Shown here in pieces: positions 21,586 to 32,169 of a stretch of 64,000 bases of DNA. The notes beneath the pieces are model-generated. The model ran no database searches and was not told the DNA's origin. It saw only the letters and a list, made by a program, of their open reading frames with translations. The DNA comes from Terriglobia bacterium (GTDB lineage: Bacteria; Acidobacteriota; Terriglobia; 20CM-2-55-15): the NCBI GenBank assembly GCA_965218585.1, contig CBDCLE010000024.1:64001-128000 (forward strand), written 5' to 3'. Position numbers and translations under genes: made by a program. Positions within the stretch are counted from its first letter, which is position 1. The number at the start of each line of letters is the position of its first letter.

Positions 21586-22764
21586 ATGAACCTGAACACG
21601 ATTATCCCTGATGAACCCTCGTCTCGATTTAGAACCCTCTTTCGTCTCGCGGGGTGTCTGGCCCTCGTGTCGGCTCTGGCGTGCATTGCGCCGGGGAGCG
21701 TCCTCGGACAGGATGACGCCGATCACTTCGTTCCTTCACGGCCTGAAACAGTCTCTTGGGGATGGTTCCCCATAGACAAAGACCCGGTTCTGACGATCCA
21801 ATCAGGGGAAACGGTTCGCGTCGACACGCTGACGCACGCAGGGAGCACGCAGAACGCCGAGCCCGTGGAATACTTGTCGGGGCTGGGCGTTGGACGCGAA
21901 GACATACACGAGGACGTGCTGGATTTCTGGGCGTCGAGAGAGGGGAGGCCCAGGGAAGGTCGTAGCGGACATGTCATCACAGGTCCGATCTATATCGATG
22001 GAGCCGAGCCCGGCGATATGCTCGAAGTGGAGATCCTCGACATCGAGACCCGTGCAGGGTGGGGGATCAACAATACCAGTGCGACGGGCGGCGTCTTCTC
22101 GACCGGATATCCGGGCGTTCGTGAGGACGATCGGTTGCTGGCCATGGAACCCCAGAGGCATCTGATTCGAACAGGTGAGGTGGATGGCCGTGAGGTTGCT
22201 CTTTTTGCCCCGAACATCCAGGTGCCGCTGGCTCCTTTCATGGGCATCATGGCCGTGGCGCCCGCGCCGGTAGTCGGCCAACCCGGGGTCACGGTGCCCG
22301 GAGTGCAGAGCTCGAGGCCGCCCGGTGCATTCGGCGGTAACCTGGACGTCAAGGACCTGAAGACTGGAGCGACGCTCTACCTCCCGGTTTTCCATCCCGG
22401 CGCGCTGTTCTATGTGGGAGATCCGCACTCTGCCCAGGGTGATGGCGAGGTGAGTGGCACTGCGATCGAGCAGTCGCTGACGGGCGTATTCCGATTTGTC
22501 CTGCACAAGGGAGCTACGATTTCGGGACCCCGCGCGGAGACCGACACCCACCACTTGATAATGGGGATCGATCTCGATCTCGATCGAGCCATGCGAAACG
22601 CAACATTTGAGGTTGTGAATTTTCTTGTCGAGGAGAAAGGCCTCACGCCAGCTAAGGCTCTCTCGCTTGCCAGTGTTGCTGTTGACTTCCGTGTCGGCGA
22701 GGCCGTGGATCTGACGCAGGTCGTTGTCGGGTACATCCCCAAGGATATCTTTCTCGAGGAGTAA
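21586..22764 (+). CDS. Acetamidase/formamidase (FmdA_AmdA) family protein, exported
   Basis: HVITGPIYIDGAEPGD, PFMGIM, GGNLD, GDPHSAQGDGEV. Confidence 0.9.
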   Translation: MNLNTIIPDEPSSRFRTLFRLAGCLALVSALACIAPGSVLGQDDADHFVPSRPETVSWGWFPIDKDPVLTIQSGETVRVDTLTHAGSTQNAEPVEYLSGLGVGREDIHEDVLDFWASREGRPREGRSGHVITGPIYIDGAEPGDMLEVEILDIETRAGWGINNTSATGGVFSTGYPGVREDDRLLAMEPQRHLIRTGEVDGREVALFAPNIQVPLAPFMGIMAVAPAPVVGQPGVTVPGVQSSRPPGAFGGNLDVKDLKTGATLYLPVFHPGALFYVGDPHSAQGDGEVSGTAIEQSLTGVFRFVLHKGATISGPRAETDTHHLIMGIDLDLDRAMRNATFEVVNFLVEEKGLTPAKALSLASVAVDFRVGEAVDLTQVVVGYIPKDIFLEE

Positions 22765-22767
22765 AAG

Positions 22768-22846
22768 GTGGGGACAGACACCCTTTTTGTCTGCGGTTTT
22801 TCTTTCCCGCACGAATCAGCTCACGAAAAAGGGTGTCTGTCCCCAC
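22768..22846. repeat. 21-bp perfect inverted repeat (REP/MITE-like; may also terminate transcription)
   Basis: GTGGGGACAGACACCCTTTTT (22768-22788) and AAAAAGGGTGTCTGTCCCCAC (22826-22846). Confidence 0.8.
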
Positions 22847-22957
22847 TTTTTCCAGCTGGCGGAAATTAGCCCCGGCTCTCCCATTTTCCTATGCACAGGA
22901 GCCGTGTCTGAATCATACTAATCGCTTCAACTTATAGCTCTAGAGGAGGAACCCCCT

Positions 22958-24184
22958 ATGAAGACGATAGTTATTGGTGTAGCCCTGCTGTTCGCGGCCA
23001 GCGCTCCCATGTTGGAGGCCGCCGAATACAACCTCCAGGAAGGTCGAGTCACTCTCGAATCCGCATCGACGTTGTCATGGGGACCGGACGATGTCCTGTT
23101 CATCGGCGATTCGACTGCGGCGACAGTGTACGCGGTCCAGGTGGACGGCCTGACGCCTGCGGAATCACAACCGATCAACATCGTTGGTTTCGACAGAGAG
23201 TTGGCGTCTTACCTTGGAGTCCCCAGCACCGACTTTGTCGTCAACGACATGCTGGTGCATGGGTCGTCTCAGACGACTTTCTTCGCCCTGACCCGAGGTC
23301 TGGGCGACGGTTCCCAGGCGTTGGTTCTTTCCATGGACAACCAGGGACAACTGGAAACCCTTAATCTGAACAATATTCCGCACTCGAAGTTCGAAATCGG
23401 CGACGTTCCGGAGGCGGAAAAAGCTTTTGTCGAGCGAGGGCTTGGCGGACCGGCAACAGAACTGGACATCCTCAAGTCCAAGACACCTCAACGGACGTTT
23501 GCCATCACCGATATCGACTATTACGAGGGCGAAATTTTCGTGGCAGGCTTGAGTAACGAGGATTTTTCATCAGTACTGCGCCGAATTCCGTTTCCTTTCG
23601 AGGGCACATTGTCGGTGAGCAACATCGAGATCTATCATGGAGCTCACGGTCAGTACGAGACACGCGCGCCGATCCGGACACAGGTCATCCAGGAGTTTGA
23701 GGGTGTCCCTTATCTTGTCGCCGCCTACACCTGTACGCCGCTGGTTGTTATTCCCCTGGAGGCTCTCAAGGACGGTGAGAAGGTCTTCGGGAGAACGGTT
23801 GCCGAAGTGGGTTTCGGCAATACGCCGATAGATCTGGTCGGGTACCGGCAGAACGAAACGGACATGGTGCTTCTCACGAACACGAACTACAGTGCCTCGC
23901 TGATGCAGTTGGGGAATATTGTTCACGGGGAACAGCTCTCAGAACGGGTGGCAAATGCCGAGACCGCGGGTATCGACTTCGTTCCCATGCCGTTGACAGG
24001 TGCCCTGCAGCTGGACAATCTGAACGACGGTTTTTTTCTCGGTCTGATACGGGACCCTGTCTCCAGCGCGCTCAACCTGTATTCGATCGGCAGACGCACA
24101 CCGTTCAAGCTGAATGAGTTCTACGTTGAGTATGATTTTCCGGGCTTCGACCGTGAGGCAGCGAGACAGCGCAGTTTTAACTAG
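22958..24184 (+). CDS. Secreted hypothetical protein (beta-propeller-like)
   Basis: Signal peptide and GAGGAGG RBS; WGPDDVLFIGDS, VAGLSNE, YHGAHGQYET, YTCTPLV. Confidence 0.8.
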   Translation: MKTIVIGVALLFAASAPMLEAAEYNLQEGRVTLESASTLSWGPDDVLFIGDSTAATVYAVQVDGLTPAESQPINIVGFDRELASYLGVPSTDFVVNDMLVHGSSQTTFFALTRGLGDGSQALVLSMDNQGQLETLNLNNIPHSKFEIGDVPEAEKAFVERGLGGPATELDILKSKTPQRTFAITDIDYYEGEIFVAGLSNEDFSSVLRRIPFPFEGTLSVSNIEIYHGAHGQYETRAPIRTQVIQEFEGVPYLVAAYTCTPLVVIPLEALKDGEKVFGRTVAEVGFGNTPIDLVGYRQNETDMVLLTNTNYSASLMQLGNIVHGEQLSERVANAETAGIDFVPMPLTGALQLDNLNDGFFLGLIRDPVSSALNLYSIGRRTPFKLNEFYVEYDFPGFDREAARQRSFN

Positions 24185-25325
24185 GGCCATCGTTCAAACG
24201 GTCCTGGTCGCGTTTCTGCTGGCGCATCCTTTATATGGGGCTTGCCTGGACTCTCGGATCACGTACGATCAGGCCGAGGGTCGAGTGTTCTTCGAGCTGG
24301 AGGACGATGGCGGGCAGGTTTCTGTAGACCCGGCAGGGTTCGGTGAAGCCTTCCCCGTATTTGTCCAAGAGGGTTCCGAGTCCGTCCAGATCAGAGGCAG
24401 TTACGTGAGGGATGGAGCGAACATCGTCTTCATCCCTCAGTTTCCGTTTATTCCGGGTGTGGGCCGCTATCTGGCCGAAATCCGATGGGACAAGCTTGGG
24501 GAGTACGGACTGGAATGCGCCCGGTTGGGTACCTCCCAGACCTCTGTTGCCTTTGAGCCCACCCTGGATGGTCCCGTTCCCACGACCGAGGTCCTCGGCG
24601 TCTATCCTGATACCAGAGACATTCCAGAAAACGTTCTACGGTTCTATGTGACATTCAGCCAGCCGATGGCGCTGGGAAGTTTGAGCGGTCAGGTTCGCAT
24701 CGAGTCCGCCGACGGCACAGACGTCGAAGCCTTCTTTCTCGAAAGCACGCAGCCGTTGTGGAATGGCGACCGGACACGTCTGACTCTGCTACTCGATCCC
24801 GGCCGGATCAAGAGGGGTGTGGGTCCGAACCTGGAGATGGGGCCCGCTCTTCGAGAGGGTGAGACCTATCGTCTCGTGATCGAGTCCGGGATCCGAGACT
24901 CTCGGGGGAACCTTCTTTCCGACGACTTTATTCATAGATTTACAGTGACCCCTCCAGTTTATGAAGCATTGACGATTGATGACGTGGTGGCCTCCGAAAT
25001 AGAGGCAGGAACGAGGAATCCACTTCGAATATCCTTTCCCCACATAATGGACGTTTTCCAGCTCTCGCGGCTCCTCGCCGTTCGGACTGAGGCAGGTGTC
25101 CGGGTGGAGGGAGTCATCGAACGCGTGGAGGATCCTTATTCCATAGTGTTCGTTCCCAGCACCCCCTGGTCCGACCCCGGGTACACCCTCGAGATCGCGA
25201 GTAACGTCGAAGACGTAGCCGGGAACACTTTCCTGGCTGCGTTTGACGAGTCGTCGGGTTCGAGTCGCGTGACGTCTTCTGAAGCAGTGCAGGTCAGACC
25301 ACTGACCGTAACGGGAATTCGCTGA
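24114..25325 (+). CDS. Exported Ig-like-domain hypothetical protein
   Basis: PENVLRFYVTFSQPM, LLDPGRIKRG, EDVAGN. Overlaps the upstream gene; start uncertain (GTG 24153 possible). Confidence 0.75.
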   Translation: MSSTLSMIFRASTVRQRDSAVLTRAIVQTVLVAFLLAHPLYGACLDSRITYDQAEGRVFFELEDDGGQVSVDPAGFGEAFPVFVQEGSESVQIRGSYVRDGANIVFIPQFPFIPGVGRYLAEIRWDKLGEYGLECARLGTSQTSVAFEPTLDGPVPTTEVLGVYPDTRDIPENVLRFYVTFSQPMALGSLSGQVRIESADGTDVEAFFLESTQPLWNGDRTRLTLLLDPGRIKRGVGPNLEMGPALREGETYRLVIESGIRDSRGNLLSDDFIHRFTVTPPVYEALTIDDVVASEIEAGTRNPLRISFPHIMDVFQLSRLLAVRTEAGVRVEGVIERVEDPYSIVFVPSTPWSDPGYTLEIASNVEDVAGNTFLAAFDESSGSSRVTSSEAVQVRPLTVTGIR

Positions 25326-25368
25326 TTTCAAACTTAAAACAGTCTTTGTTTTTCAAAAGGGGAGTTTC

Positions 25369-26379
25369 ATGAAGTTGCAAGCAATCCGAGTGTTAATGTT
25401 CGTTGCCGTCGCCCTCTTGCTGACCTCGGGGCAGGGCTTTGCGGTGCAGCTGCTGGACGGTGAACGAGAGGTCGATGTCACGGCGATCCCCGGGGTTATC
25501 GACGGCGGCGCCGAGTGGGAGAGAGTCTGGGCCAGTTTCTATACGGCTGACGGGCTGGTGTCGGCGCCCGGTGGTGGTGTTGTATTTGGTCAGGAGCAGA
25601 CCGACAGGATCATCAAGCTGGGCGTGGACAACCAGGAATACACGGTTGTTGAGAACACAAACGGCTCCGGATCGGTTTCGGTGGATACCCAGGGACGGAT
25701 CTTTGCCGTCCAGCGGACCTGCACCGAGCCGTTGAATCCGGAATTGGCGATGTGTAACGAACTGACGATGGTCAGCCAGATGTTCCCCGAATACAGGATC
25801 CTGGCCAACAGTTTTCCTGACGGCACCCCGCTTGGACGTTTGAACGATCTGGTCGCCGACGGCCGAGGCGGAGCGTACTTTACAAGGGGCGGCCTCTACT
25901 ACGTCAGCCCCGACGGCGTCGTCAGCACGGTGGCCGATCAGGACATCCGCACAAACGGCCTGGCCCTGAGCCGGGACGGAGAGACTCTCTACGTGACCAA
26001 CAGTACGGTCGTTGTGGCCTTCGACGTGGCGTCGAACGGGTCGACCTCCAACCGGCGTGATTTCGGGACGCTCGATGGTGACAACGGTGGTGACGGCATG
26101 ACGGTCGACACCGAGGGCCGTGTGTATGTGACCGGGAACGCCGGTGTGCATGTGCTTTCACCCGACGGCGAACACCTCGGAATGATCCCCACACCGCGGC
26201 GCGCGATTACGGTTGCGTTTGGAGGACCGGACAACCGGACGCTTTACGCGCCCTCGATGGGTGCGATCGGGCCGGACGGAAAACAGTACGTGACGCCTGA
26301 CGGCATTCGAAACATTGCGATGACGATCTATACGATCCCCGTGGTTTCGGAGGGATTTGTAGGCACCGTCGTAGAGTAA
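25369..26379 (+). CDS. SMP-30/gluconolactonase/LRE family protein
   Basis: NDLVAD..GGAYFT, NGLALS.DG, DGMTVD.EG.VYV, VAFGGPD. Confidence 0.9.
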   Translation: MKLQAIRVLMFVAVALLLTSGQGFAVQLLDGEREVDVTAIPGVIDGGAEWERVWASFYTADGLVSAPGGGVVFGQEQTDRIIKLGVDNQEYTVVENTNGSGSVSVDTQGRIFAVQRTCTEPLNPELAMCNELTMVSQMFPEYRILANSFPDGTPLGRLNDLVADGRGGAYFTRGGLYYVSPDGVVSTVADQDIRTNGLALSRDGETLYVTNSTVVVAFDVASNGSTSNRRDFGTLDGDNGGDGMTVDTEGRVYVTGNAGVHVLSPDGEHLGMIPTPRRAITVAFGGPDNRTLYAPSMGAIGPDGKQYVTPDGIRNIAMTIYTIPVVSEGFVGTVVE

Positions 26380-26464
26380 GAACAGACCCGCTTCTGGTCC
26401 GGTGACCCGGAGCGGATTGACCCGGTACTCCAGACGTTAGACTCTCTGCCGAAAGAGACTGCTT

Positions 26465-26647
26465 ATGCCCACGATTGCCATTGCCCTGTGGCTGATCACA
26501 GGAGGACTGTGTTTCGTAATCGGTATCTATTTCCTCTGGAAGATCGAACAGTCCGGGGTCGAGCGCTGGGGTGCGTCGGGCAAGCTGTTCGGACTCGGCC
26601 CGGCGTCTCCCGCGAGTGAGAGTAAGAAGGGGGAAGAGGAAGAATGA
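26465..26647 (+). CDS. Small membrane protein, probable symporter accessory subunit
   Basis: 60 aa with one TM; overlaps the start of the SSS gene (ATGA). Confidence 0.65.
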   Translation: MPTIAIALWLITGGLCFVIGIYFLWKIEQSGVERWGASGKLFGLGPASPASESKKGEEEE

Positions 26648-28248
26648 GCGTCGGGCTCATGGCGACCGTTCTCGTCGTCTACCTGATCCTGCTCTCCTAC
26701 TGTGGCCGGCTGGGATACAAAGCCTCCCGGTCCTTTTCTGATTACGTGGCCGGCAGCTGGAACATGGGCCTGTGGCTGCTGGCGGGAACATTTTCCGCCA
26801 CCTGGATCAGCGCTGTTTCGGTGATGGGATTTCCGGGAATGCTGTTCGGAGTGGGGCTCGCCGCCCTGGCGGCCGTTTACGCCGGGTACTTCATGGCGAA
26901 TACGCTGATGCCGATCCTGGCATACAAGCTGCGGCGCCCCAAACACCCGCCTGCGACGATACCCGAATACCTGAGACTCCGTTTCGAACCCTTCGAGAAA
27001 AGGAGCGGCCTTCAGGTGCTGGGCGGTGTTGCGATGGTCCTGGGTTACGCCGTGTTCGTCATGATCCAGGTGAGTGCATTCGGAATCCTGTTCTCGACCA
27101 TCACGGGCTGGCCCTATCTGGTCTGCATCTTCATCTTCGCAGCCTTTGTGCTTTACATAGCGGCCGGAGGAACGCTTTCGGTTGCCATTTCAGACCTGTT
27201 CAATGCATGCGTGATTGTCGTCGGCGTGGTCATCTGCGCCGCGATCATCCTGCCCGAGGTCGGGGGATGGAGCGCGATGTGGGAGCAGTACGCCACGATG
27301 ACCCAGCCCGCACTTCCAGATGGCGATGCATTCGAACAAGGAGCCCTGCTGTCTCTGCTGGGCCCTTATTCGCTTTCGACGGTGATCGGCTTGTTCATTG
27401 CCGCGGCCCTTGGGGGATCGTTGGCGCCGCATTGGCCCTCGCGTATGTTGTATGCCAGAAACGTCAAGACTGCGATCGCCCTGCCAATGGTTTCGCAGGC
27501 GGTGATTTGTTTTGTGCTGTACGGCGCGCTTCTGGTGCTTGGCGTGGGCGGCCGGGTTCTGGTCGGAACACTGGATGCAGCCAACACGGACTGGATCATG
27601 CCGTTCCTGTTCATGAACCAGATCGGTGGTCTGCTCGGCGCCGTCGGGATTGCCGGCCTTCTGGCGGCTTCGGTGTCGACCAGCAACTCCATGTTGTTCC
27701 ATGGCGCCCTGGCTATCGTCTTCGATGTGTTCCGGAATCTGAGCCCGAAGCGGCTTTCGGAGGAGTCCCTTCAGAAGTACACCCGTGTGACCGTTGTCGG
27801 GATGGGCCTGGTCTCCATTCTCCTGGCCGTCAACCCTCCCGCCTTTATTGCCGTCATGTCGGCCCGGGTTTTTGGATTCTGGTGTGCTGCGTTCTTTGTC
27901 CCAATGTATATCGGGCTTTACTGGAAAAGACTCAACCGGCAGGCCGTCTACTGGAGCATGACGGTTGCTCCGTTGATGTTCGTGGTGCTTGAATACCTCA
28001 TCGTTCAGGGGATCATCTCGGGCATCATCCCCGCCGTCGTGTGGGCTGTCTTTATCGGTGTTGGGGGGAGCGTCGTCCTTTCCTATGCTTTCAGTCCTGC
28101 ACCCCGGGAGGGCTGGGAGCCGTTTTTTGAGGCCGAGATCAGCCCATCGACCGTCAAGGCCTGGGAGCAATCCCGTATCGACATGGAATCGGGGGCCGAC
28201 GAGCCTCCAGGGGCAGGGGAAACGGTAGTTCTCGCCGAGAGAGGCTGA
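26644..28248 (+). CDS. Sodium:solute symporter (SSS) family protein
   Basis: DYVAG, SATWISA..GFPG, TIPEYL..RF, GLLAASVST, GLYWKR. Confidence 0.92.
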   Translation: MSVGLMATVLVVYLILLSYCGRLGYKASRSFSDYVAGSWNMGLWLLAGTFSATWISAVSVMGFPGMLFGVGLAALAAVYAGYFMANTLMPILAYKLRRPKHPPATIPEYLRLRFEPFEKRSGLQVLGGVAMVLGYAVFVMIQVSAFGILFSTITGWPYLVCIFIFAAFVLYIAAGGTLSVAISDLFNACVIVVGVVICAAIILPEVGGWSAMWEQYATMTQPALPDGDAFEQGALLSLLGPYSLSTVIGLFIAAALGGSLAPHWPSRMLYARNVKTAIALPMVSQAVICFVLYGALLVLGVGGRVLVGTLDAANTDWIMPFLFMNQIGGLLGAVGIAGLLAASVSTSNSMLFHGALAIVFDVFRNLSPKRLSEESLQKYTRVTVVGMGLVSILLAVNPPAFIAVMSARVFGFWCAAFFVPMYIGLYWKRLNRQAVYWSMTVAPLMFVVLEYLIVQGIISGIIPAVVWAVFIGVGGSVVLSYAFSPAPREGWEPFFEAEISPSTVKAWEQSRIDMESGADEPPGAGETVVLAERG

Positions 28249-28273
28249 CCCCCGTTGTTACGTGTGAACACTG

Positions 28274-28507
28274 TTACCCGTTGTCATAGGTGAACAAGCC
28301 GATCTTGCATTTAGTACAACGGCTGGCAATCAGAGTGGGGGCATTCCAAATAGCGCGCTTCTTTCTCAACGGTGTTCCTGCGAATATTGACTTCGTTTTT
28401 TCTGTTTCACACCATCGCAACCTTGTGTGTTGACCAGTAACGTATCCAAACTCCATATCTGATCCACAGTTAGGACACTTGAATTTAGAGATCTCCTCGT
28501 GAGTCAT
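28274..28507 (-). CDS. Small Zn-ribbon protein (DUF6487/PF20097-like)
   Basis: KCPNCGSDMEFGYV...RCTKCKI; locally AT-rich. Confidence 0.7.
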   Translation of the reverse strand: MTHEEISKFKCPNCGSDMEFGYVTGQHTRLRWCETEKTKSIFAGTPLRKKRAIWNAPTLIASRCTKCKIGLFTYDNG

Positions 28508-28559
28508 CCTATTCCCTACTTCGCCTGGTGAAGTGCAGCCGTTTTGAGAAGGCCTTTGT

Positions 28560-29765
28560 TCAACGAGAGACGCAGTTGTCGGCAGCTGCTTCCTCGCCGA
28601 AGCTCGAGTCGAACCAGTCAGGCAACAGCGCCGCCATCGGCCCGACAGCGCCAAAATGATCTACCTCGGCCAGCTCCACATATTCGACGCTCAAACCCCG
28701 CTCACACAGGTCTGACCGGACATCCCGCGTCAGTTCGACGGGCACATCGATGTCCACGTCCCCCTGGATCAACAGGATTGGAATCGACTCCGCGATAGGC
28801 AGGAACTGATCATTGGCTTCCAACCAGGTCCGCCAGGGCGTGCCCGGTTCCAAGGCTTCCGGCTTCGCGTAGGGTTCGTCCAGACCCGCCGCCTCACCGA
28901 AGATGTCAAAGCATCCCCAGGCTTGGGATGCAAGCAATTCCAGACCGGCCTCAGTCAGGATGTCGCGCAGACGGAGATCCGGTTTTCCAACCGCGAGTCC
29001 CGCCATTCTTGCCGCGAAATACCCTGCGTTCTGAGGTATTCCCAAATCGTACAGGGAGAGTTCCACGTGTCGCGAGGCGGGCGCTGCTGGTGCGATGCCG
29101 GCCAACTCGAGTTCCGGCGCGTACTCGTTCGCGATATGAGCCGCCCAGAGAACGGTCTGACCACCCAGGGAAAACCCGTACATTCCGACTTCTGTACCAG
29201 CCCCGGCCCGGGCAAACCGGATTGCGGCGCGGGCGGCATCCCAAGCCGACTGAGCCTGGGCGCGCCCATTGGCAAACGGCATCCCGCCGGGTGTGCCGAG
29301 TCCCTCGTAGTCGGTCGCCGCCACCACAGATCCCCGTGCCAATAGTTCCGCCAGCCCGGGGATTCGTGGCGTGGACTGGCCGATGCCGTAAAGATTCCCC
29401 CGCGATGGTGCGCAGGAGTCCTCAAAGCCCACGGTGCCACTGGCCCACACCAGTAACCGTCGGGGAGTCTCGGATTCGGTTCTCGGTATGTAGATCTCGC
29501 CGGAGACATATCTCAGCTGGCCGGTCACACCTTCGGTTACGTAGATGACGTTCCAGCCACGGCCACCCGGAGGCGCATCGTCGCGCTCCCGCACCCAATA
29601 GATGTCTCCCTGGCTGAGGCCATCGCCGATCCTGGTCGGAACGGCATCCCAGAATGCGTTTCCGACGGGTCCTTCCCGGACACTCGACAGGTCCTGAGCG
29701 CGAAGTGGTCCTCCCGACAGCAATAGCCCACCGACAAGTACACAGAATCTCAACCCATACTTCAT
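28560..29765 (-). CDS. Secretory lipase (LIP) family alpha/beta hydrolase
   Basis: Signal peptide from MKYGLRF; CAPS, TDYEGLG, GFSLGG nucleophile, QGDVD, DH. The longer ORF start lies inside IS5. Confidence 0.85.
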   Translation of the reverse strand: MKYGLRFCVLVGGLLLSGGPLRAQDLSSVREGPVGNAFWDAVPTRIGDGLSQGDIYWVRERDDAPPGGRGWNVIYVTEGVTGQLRYVSGEIYIPRTESETPRRLLVWASGTVGFEDSCAPSRGNLYGIGQSTPRIPGLAELLARGSVVAATDYEGLGTPGGMPFANGRAQAQSAWDAARAAIRFARAGAGTEVGMYGFSLGGQTVLWAAHIANEYAPELELAGIAPAAPASRHVELSLYDLGIPQNAGYFAARMAGLAVGKPDLRLRDILTEAGLELLASQAWGCFDIFGEAAGLDEPYAKPEALEPGTPWRTWLEANDQFLPIAESIPILLIQGDVDIDVPVELTRDVRSDLCERGLSVEYVELAEVDHFGAVGPMAALLPDWFDSSFGEEAAADNCVSR

Positions 29766-29833
29766 ATTGCTCCCCTTTAATACAAACCCTTGAATGGTCC
29801 CGATGGCATCACCTCGACATGAGGACAATCTAG

Positions 29834-30645
29834 GGCGTGTTAACACTAACGTAGTGCCTCGACGATGAGTGCGAAGTGAAGGAAGGCGAGGAACATGACG
29901 TCGAGTTTATCGAAACGGGAGAAGATACGCCGAAAACCCTTGAGTCGGCGGAAGAGCCTCTCGACTTCGTTCCTGCGGCGGTAGAGCACGCGGTCGTATT
30001 CCCACGGCTCCAGGCGGTTGCGCTTGGGCGGCACGACGGGAATCCACCCAAAATCCAGAGCCAATTGGCGGGTCTGGTCGTCCTGGTAGGCACGGTCCAT
30101 CAGCAGCGGCAGCGGCGCGGGCAACGGCCCCAGGCCGGCGAGCAGATCGCGGCCCTGCGGGGCGTCGTGCGCTTGGCCGGGCGAGAGCGCAAACGTTATC
30201 GCCGTTCGAGCATTCGCGGCAACCAGATGAATCTTGGTGGTCCATCCACCGCGGGATTTGCCGATCGCTTGCGGACCGTTTTTTTTAACGCTCCCGTGCC
30301 GTCGGGATGCACCTTCACAATGGTCGAGTCCATCGAAACGGCTTCCACCCGGATGCGCACCAGTTGCTCGCGCTGGAGTTTTTCGAAGACGGCGTCGAGC
30401 ACCCCGTTCTTGGACCAGCGGTTCATCCGGGTGTAGATGGTGTGCCAGTTGCCAAAGCGCTTGGGCAGACCGCGCCACTTGCAGCCCTGCTCAGCCACAT
30501 ACAAAATGGCGTTCAAGACCGTCAGGTTCGAAAGACTGACGTTGCCCCGCTGACGCGGCAGTTCCGGCTCGATGCGACAATACTGCTCCTGTGTGATCTC
30601 CATGCCTGATTATAAAACATTCATGCTCATTAGTGTTAACACATC
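29834..30645 (-). mobile_element. IS5-family element (IS427-like group), two ORFs joined by a -1 frameshift
   Basis: IRs GGCGTGTTAACACTAA / TTAGTGTTAACACATCC; flanking CTAG at 29830-29833 and 30646-30649; A8 run at 30279-30286. Confidence 0.9.
29846..30603 (-). CDS. IS5 transposase (orfA 30603-~30280 plus orfB ~30280-29846, programmed frameshift)
   Basis: GCKWRGLP..FGNWHT, MDSTIVKVH, GKSRGGWTTKIH, MDRAY, YRRRNEVERLF..LK. Confidence 0.9.
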
Positions 30646-30750
30646 CTAGCTGAACTTGCCACTGTCATAGCAGTGTAACCACACTTGATGACGGAAGCAC
30701 CCTGCCCTATAATCCTCTCCGTTTGGACATTTTTCAATGGGGAGAAAGCC

Positions 30751-31656
30751 ATGAACAGAGCACTGATCTTAACCGTGCTGGTCGTGTCGGTGTCGGTAGG
30801 GTCAGCTTCGGCGCAGTATCCGGTGCCGCAGCAGACTTCCTATGCCATGAACGCCGACGAGAGAGCGAACCTGGGGCTCGTCCACGATTGGTGGCGTGAC
30901 ATCATGCAGGGGGGCAACCTGGACATCGCCACCCATTACATGCCGGCCGACTTCATCTCACGGAACCCGAACGTAGGGGCCGGACGGGATGCGTTCGTCC
31001 AAACCCTCGGACGAAGGCCGGACCTGCTGCAGAATCGCCAGCAGAACGTGCCCGAGGTGCAGTTCGCCAAGAACGACTATGTCTTTCTGATGTGGGCGAA
31101 CTTCGTCATCGACCCCATGGAGTCGGCTCACGTTTACAAGTACAACACGATGGACCTGTTCCGGATCGTTGACGGCAAGATCGTCGAACACTGGGACGGT
31201 GCGCGCAAGACGGTCGAGACCGACTTCGGCGAGAAGAGCATGGGCGGCGGCGTCTACGACGATTCCACCAACCTGTCGGCGCGCGAACGGGACACGCTCG
31301 AGCTCGGGATCGTCGAGTTCAAGGACATCCTCCAGTACGGCCATACCGAGCTTGCTATGGAGGTCATGGCGCCAGGCTACATGCAGCACAACCCTAACGT
31401 GCCGGGCGGCCGCGACAATTTCATTCAGGCGTTCAGTGGCCGCGATCAGTTGCCGCTCCGAGATCAGTGGAGGACTCCGCCGACGCTGACGTTGGTCAGT
31501 GGAAACTTCTACCTCAAGTTCGACGAGCGGTTCGAGGACGATCCAGCCAACCCGTCCCGGCAGACTGCGTACTACCGCTTCGACATGGTGCGGGTGGACG
31601 ACGACCTGATCCAGGAGCATTGGGACGTGGCTTTCCCGAACGGCATCGAGCGTTAG
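30751..31656 (+). CDS. Secreted tandem SnoaL/NTF2-like protein
   Basis: Signal peptide; two domains, each with NPNV..GRD.F and a D..R....I.EHWD ending. Confidence 0.85.
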   Translation: MNRALILTVLVVSVSVGSASAQYPVPQQTSYAMNADERANLGLVHDWWRDIMQGGNLDIATHYMPADFISRNPNVGAGRDAFVQTLGRRPDLLQNRQQNVPEVQFAKNDYVFLMWANFVIDPMESAHVYKYNTMDLFRIVDGKIVEHWDGARKTVETDFGEKSMGGGVYDDSTNLSARERDTLELGIVEFKDILQYGHTELAMEVMAPGYMQHNPNVPGGRDNFIQAFSGRDQLPLRDQWRTPPTLTLVSGNFYLKFDERFEDDPANPSRQTAYYRFDMVRVDDDLIQEHWDVAFPNGIER

Positions 31657-31743
31657 GACGAACCGGCCCGTACCAGCTTACTTTTGAGTATCTAACCAGG
31701 CTGCGCTCAGTTGCGAACCCTGCGGTGGTGCGTCATGTGCGCA

Positions 31744-32169
31744 TTATCTATTTGCTACGATCCTTCTCAGTACTTCGAGTTCGCCCCGGCTATCCACATT
31801 GAGCCAATCAAGCTTCCGATACAGTCCTGGGACATTCGTATAGACGAACAGTTCTTCTGCTTCAATACCTGCGGCTTCAGCTTCTGCTGCCTGGACAAGC
31901 TCGGAGCCTATGCCGACGCCCCGAGATTCTGGTGTAACGAACAGCGCATTGATCCAAAGCCCGGTTTCTTTGCTTCCGGGTTTTGGATACTTTGAAAAAA
32001 CGAGACCACCTAACAACTTCTGGCCGTCGATTGCGAGTAGTGGAGAAGGCACGATAAAGCCGTCTTTTGTGGCTTCAAATGGGTCAACTTCTCCCCACTC
32101 TTCCACAAGCCATTCACGCAGTTGCTTCAAGTGATGCGGCCGAGAAGTGGAACTAACGATAGAAAACAT
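31744..32169 (-). CDS. GNAT family N-acetyltransferase
   Basis: LWINALFVTPESRGVGIGSEL, LYRKLDW; lower GC than its neighbours. Confidence 0.85.
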   Translation of the reverse strand: MFSIVSSTSRPHHLKQLREWLVEEWGEVDPFEATKDGFIVPSPLLAIDGQKLLGGLVFSKYPKPGSKETGLWINALFVTPESRGVGIGSELVQAAEAEAAGIEAEELFVYTNVPGLYRKLDWLNVDSRGELEVLRRIVANR

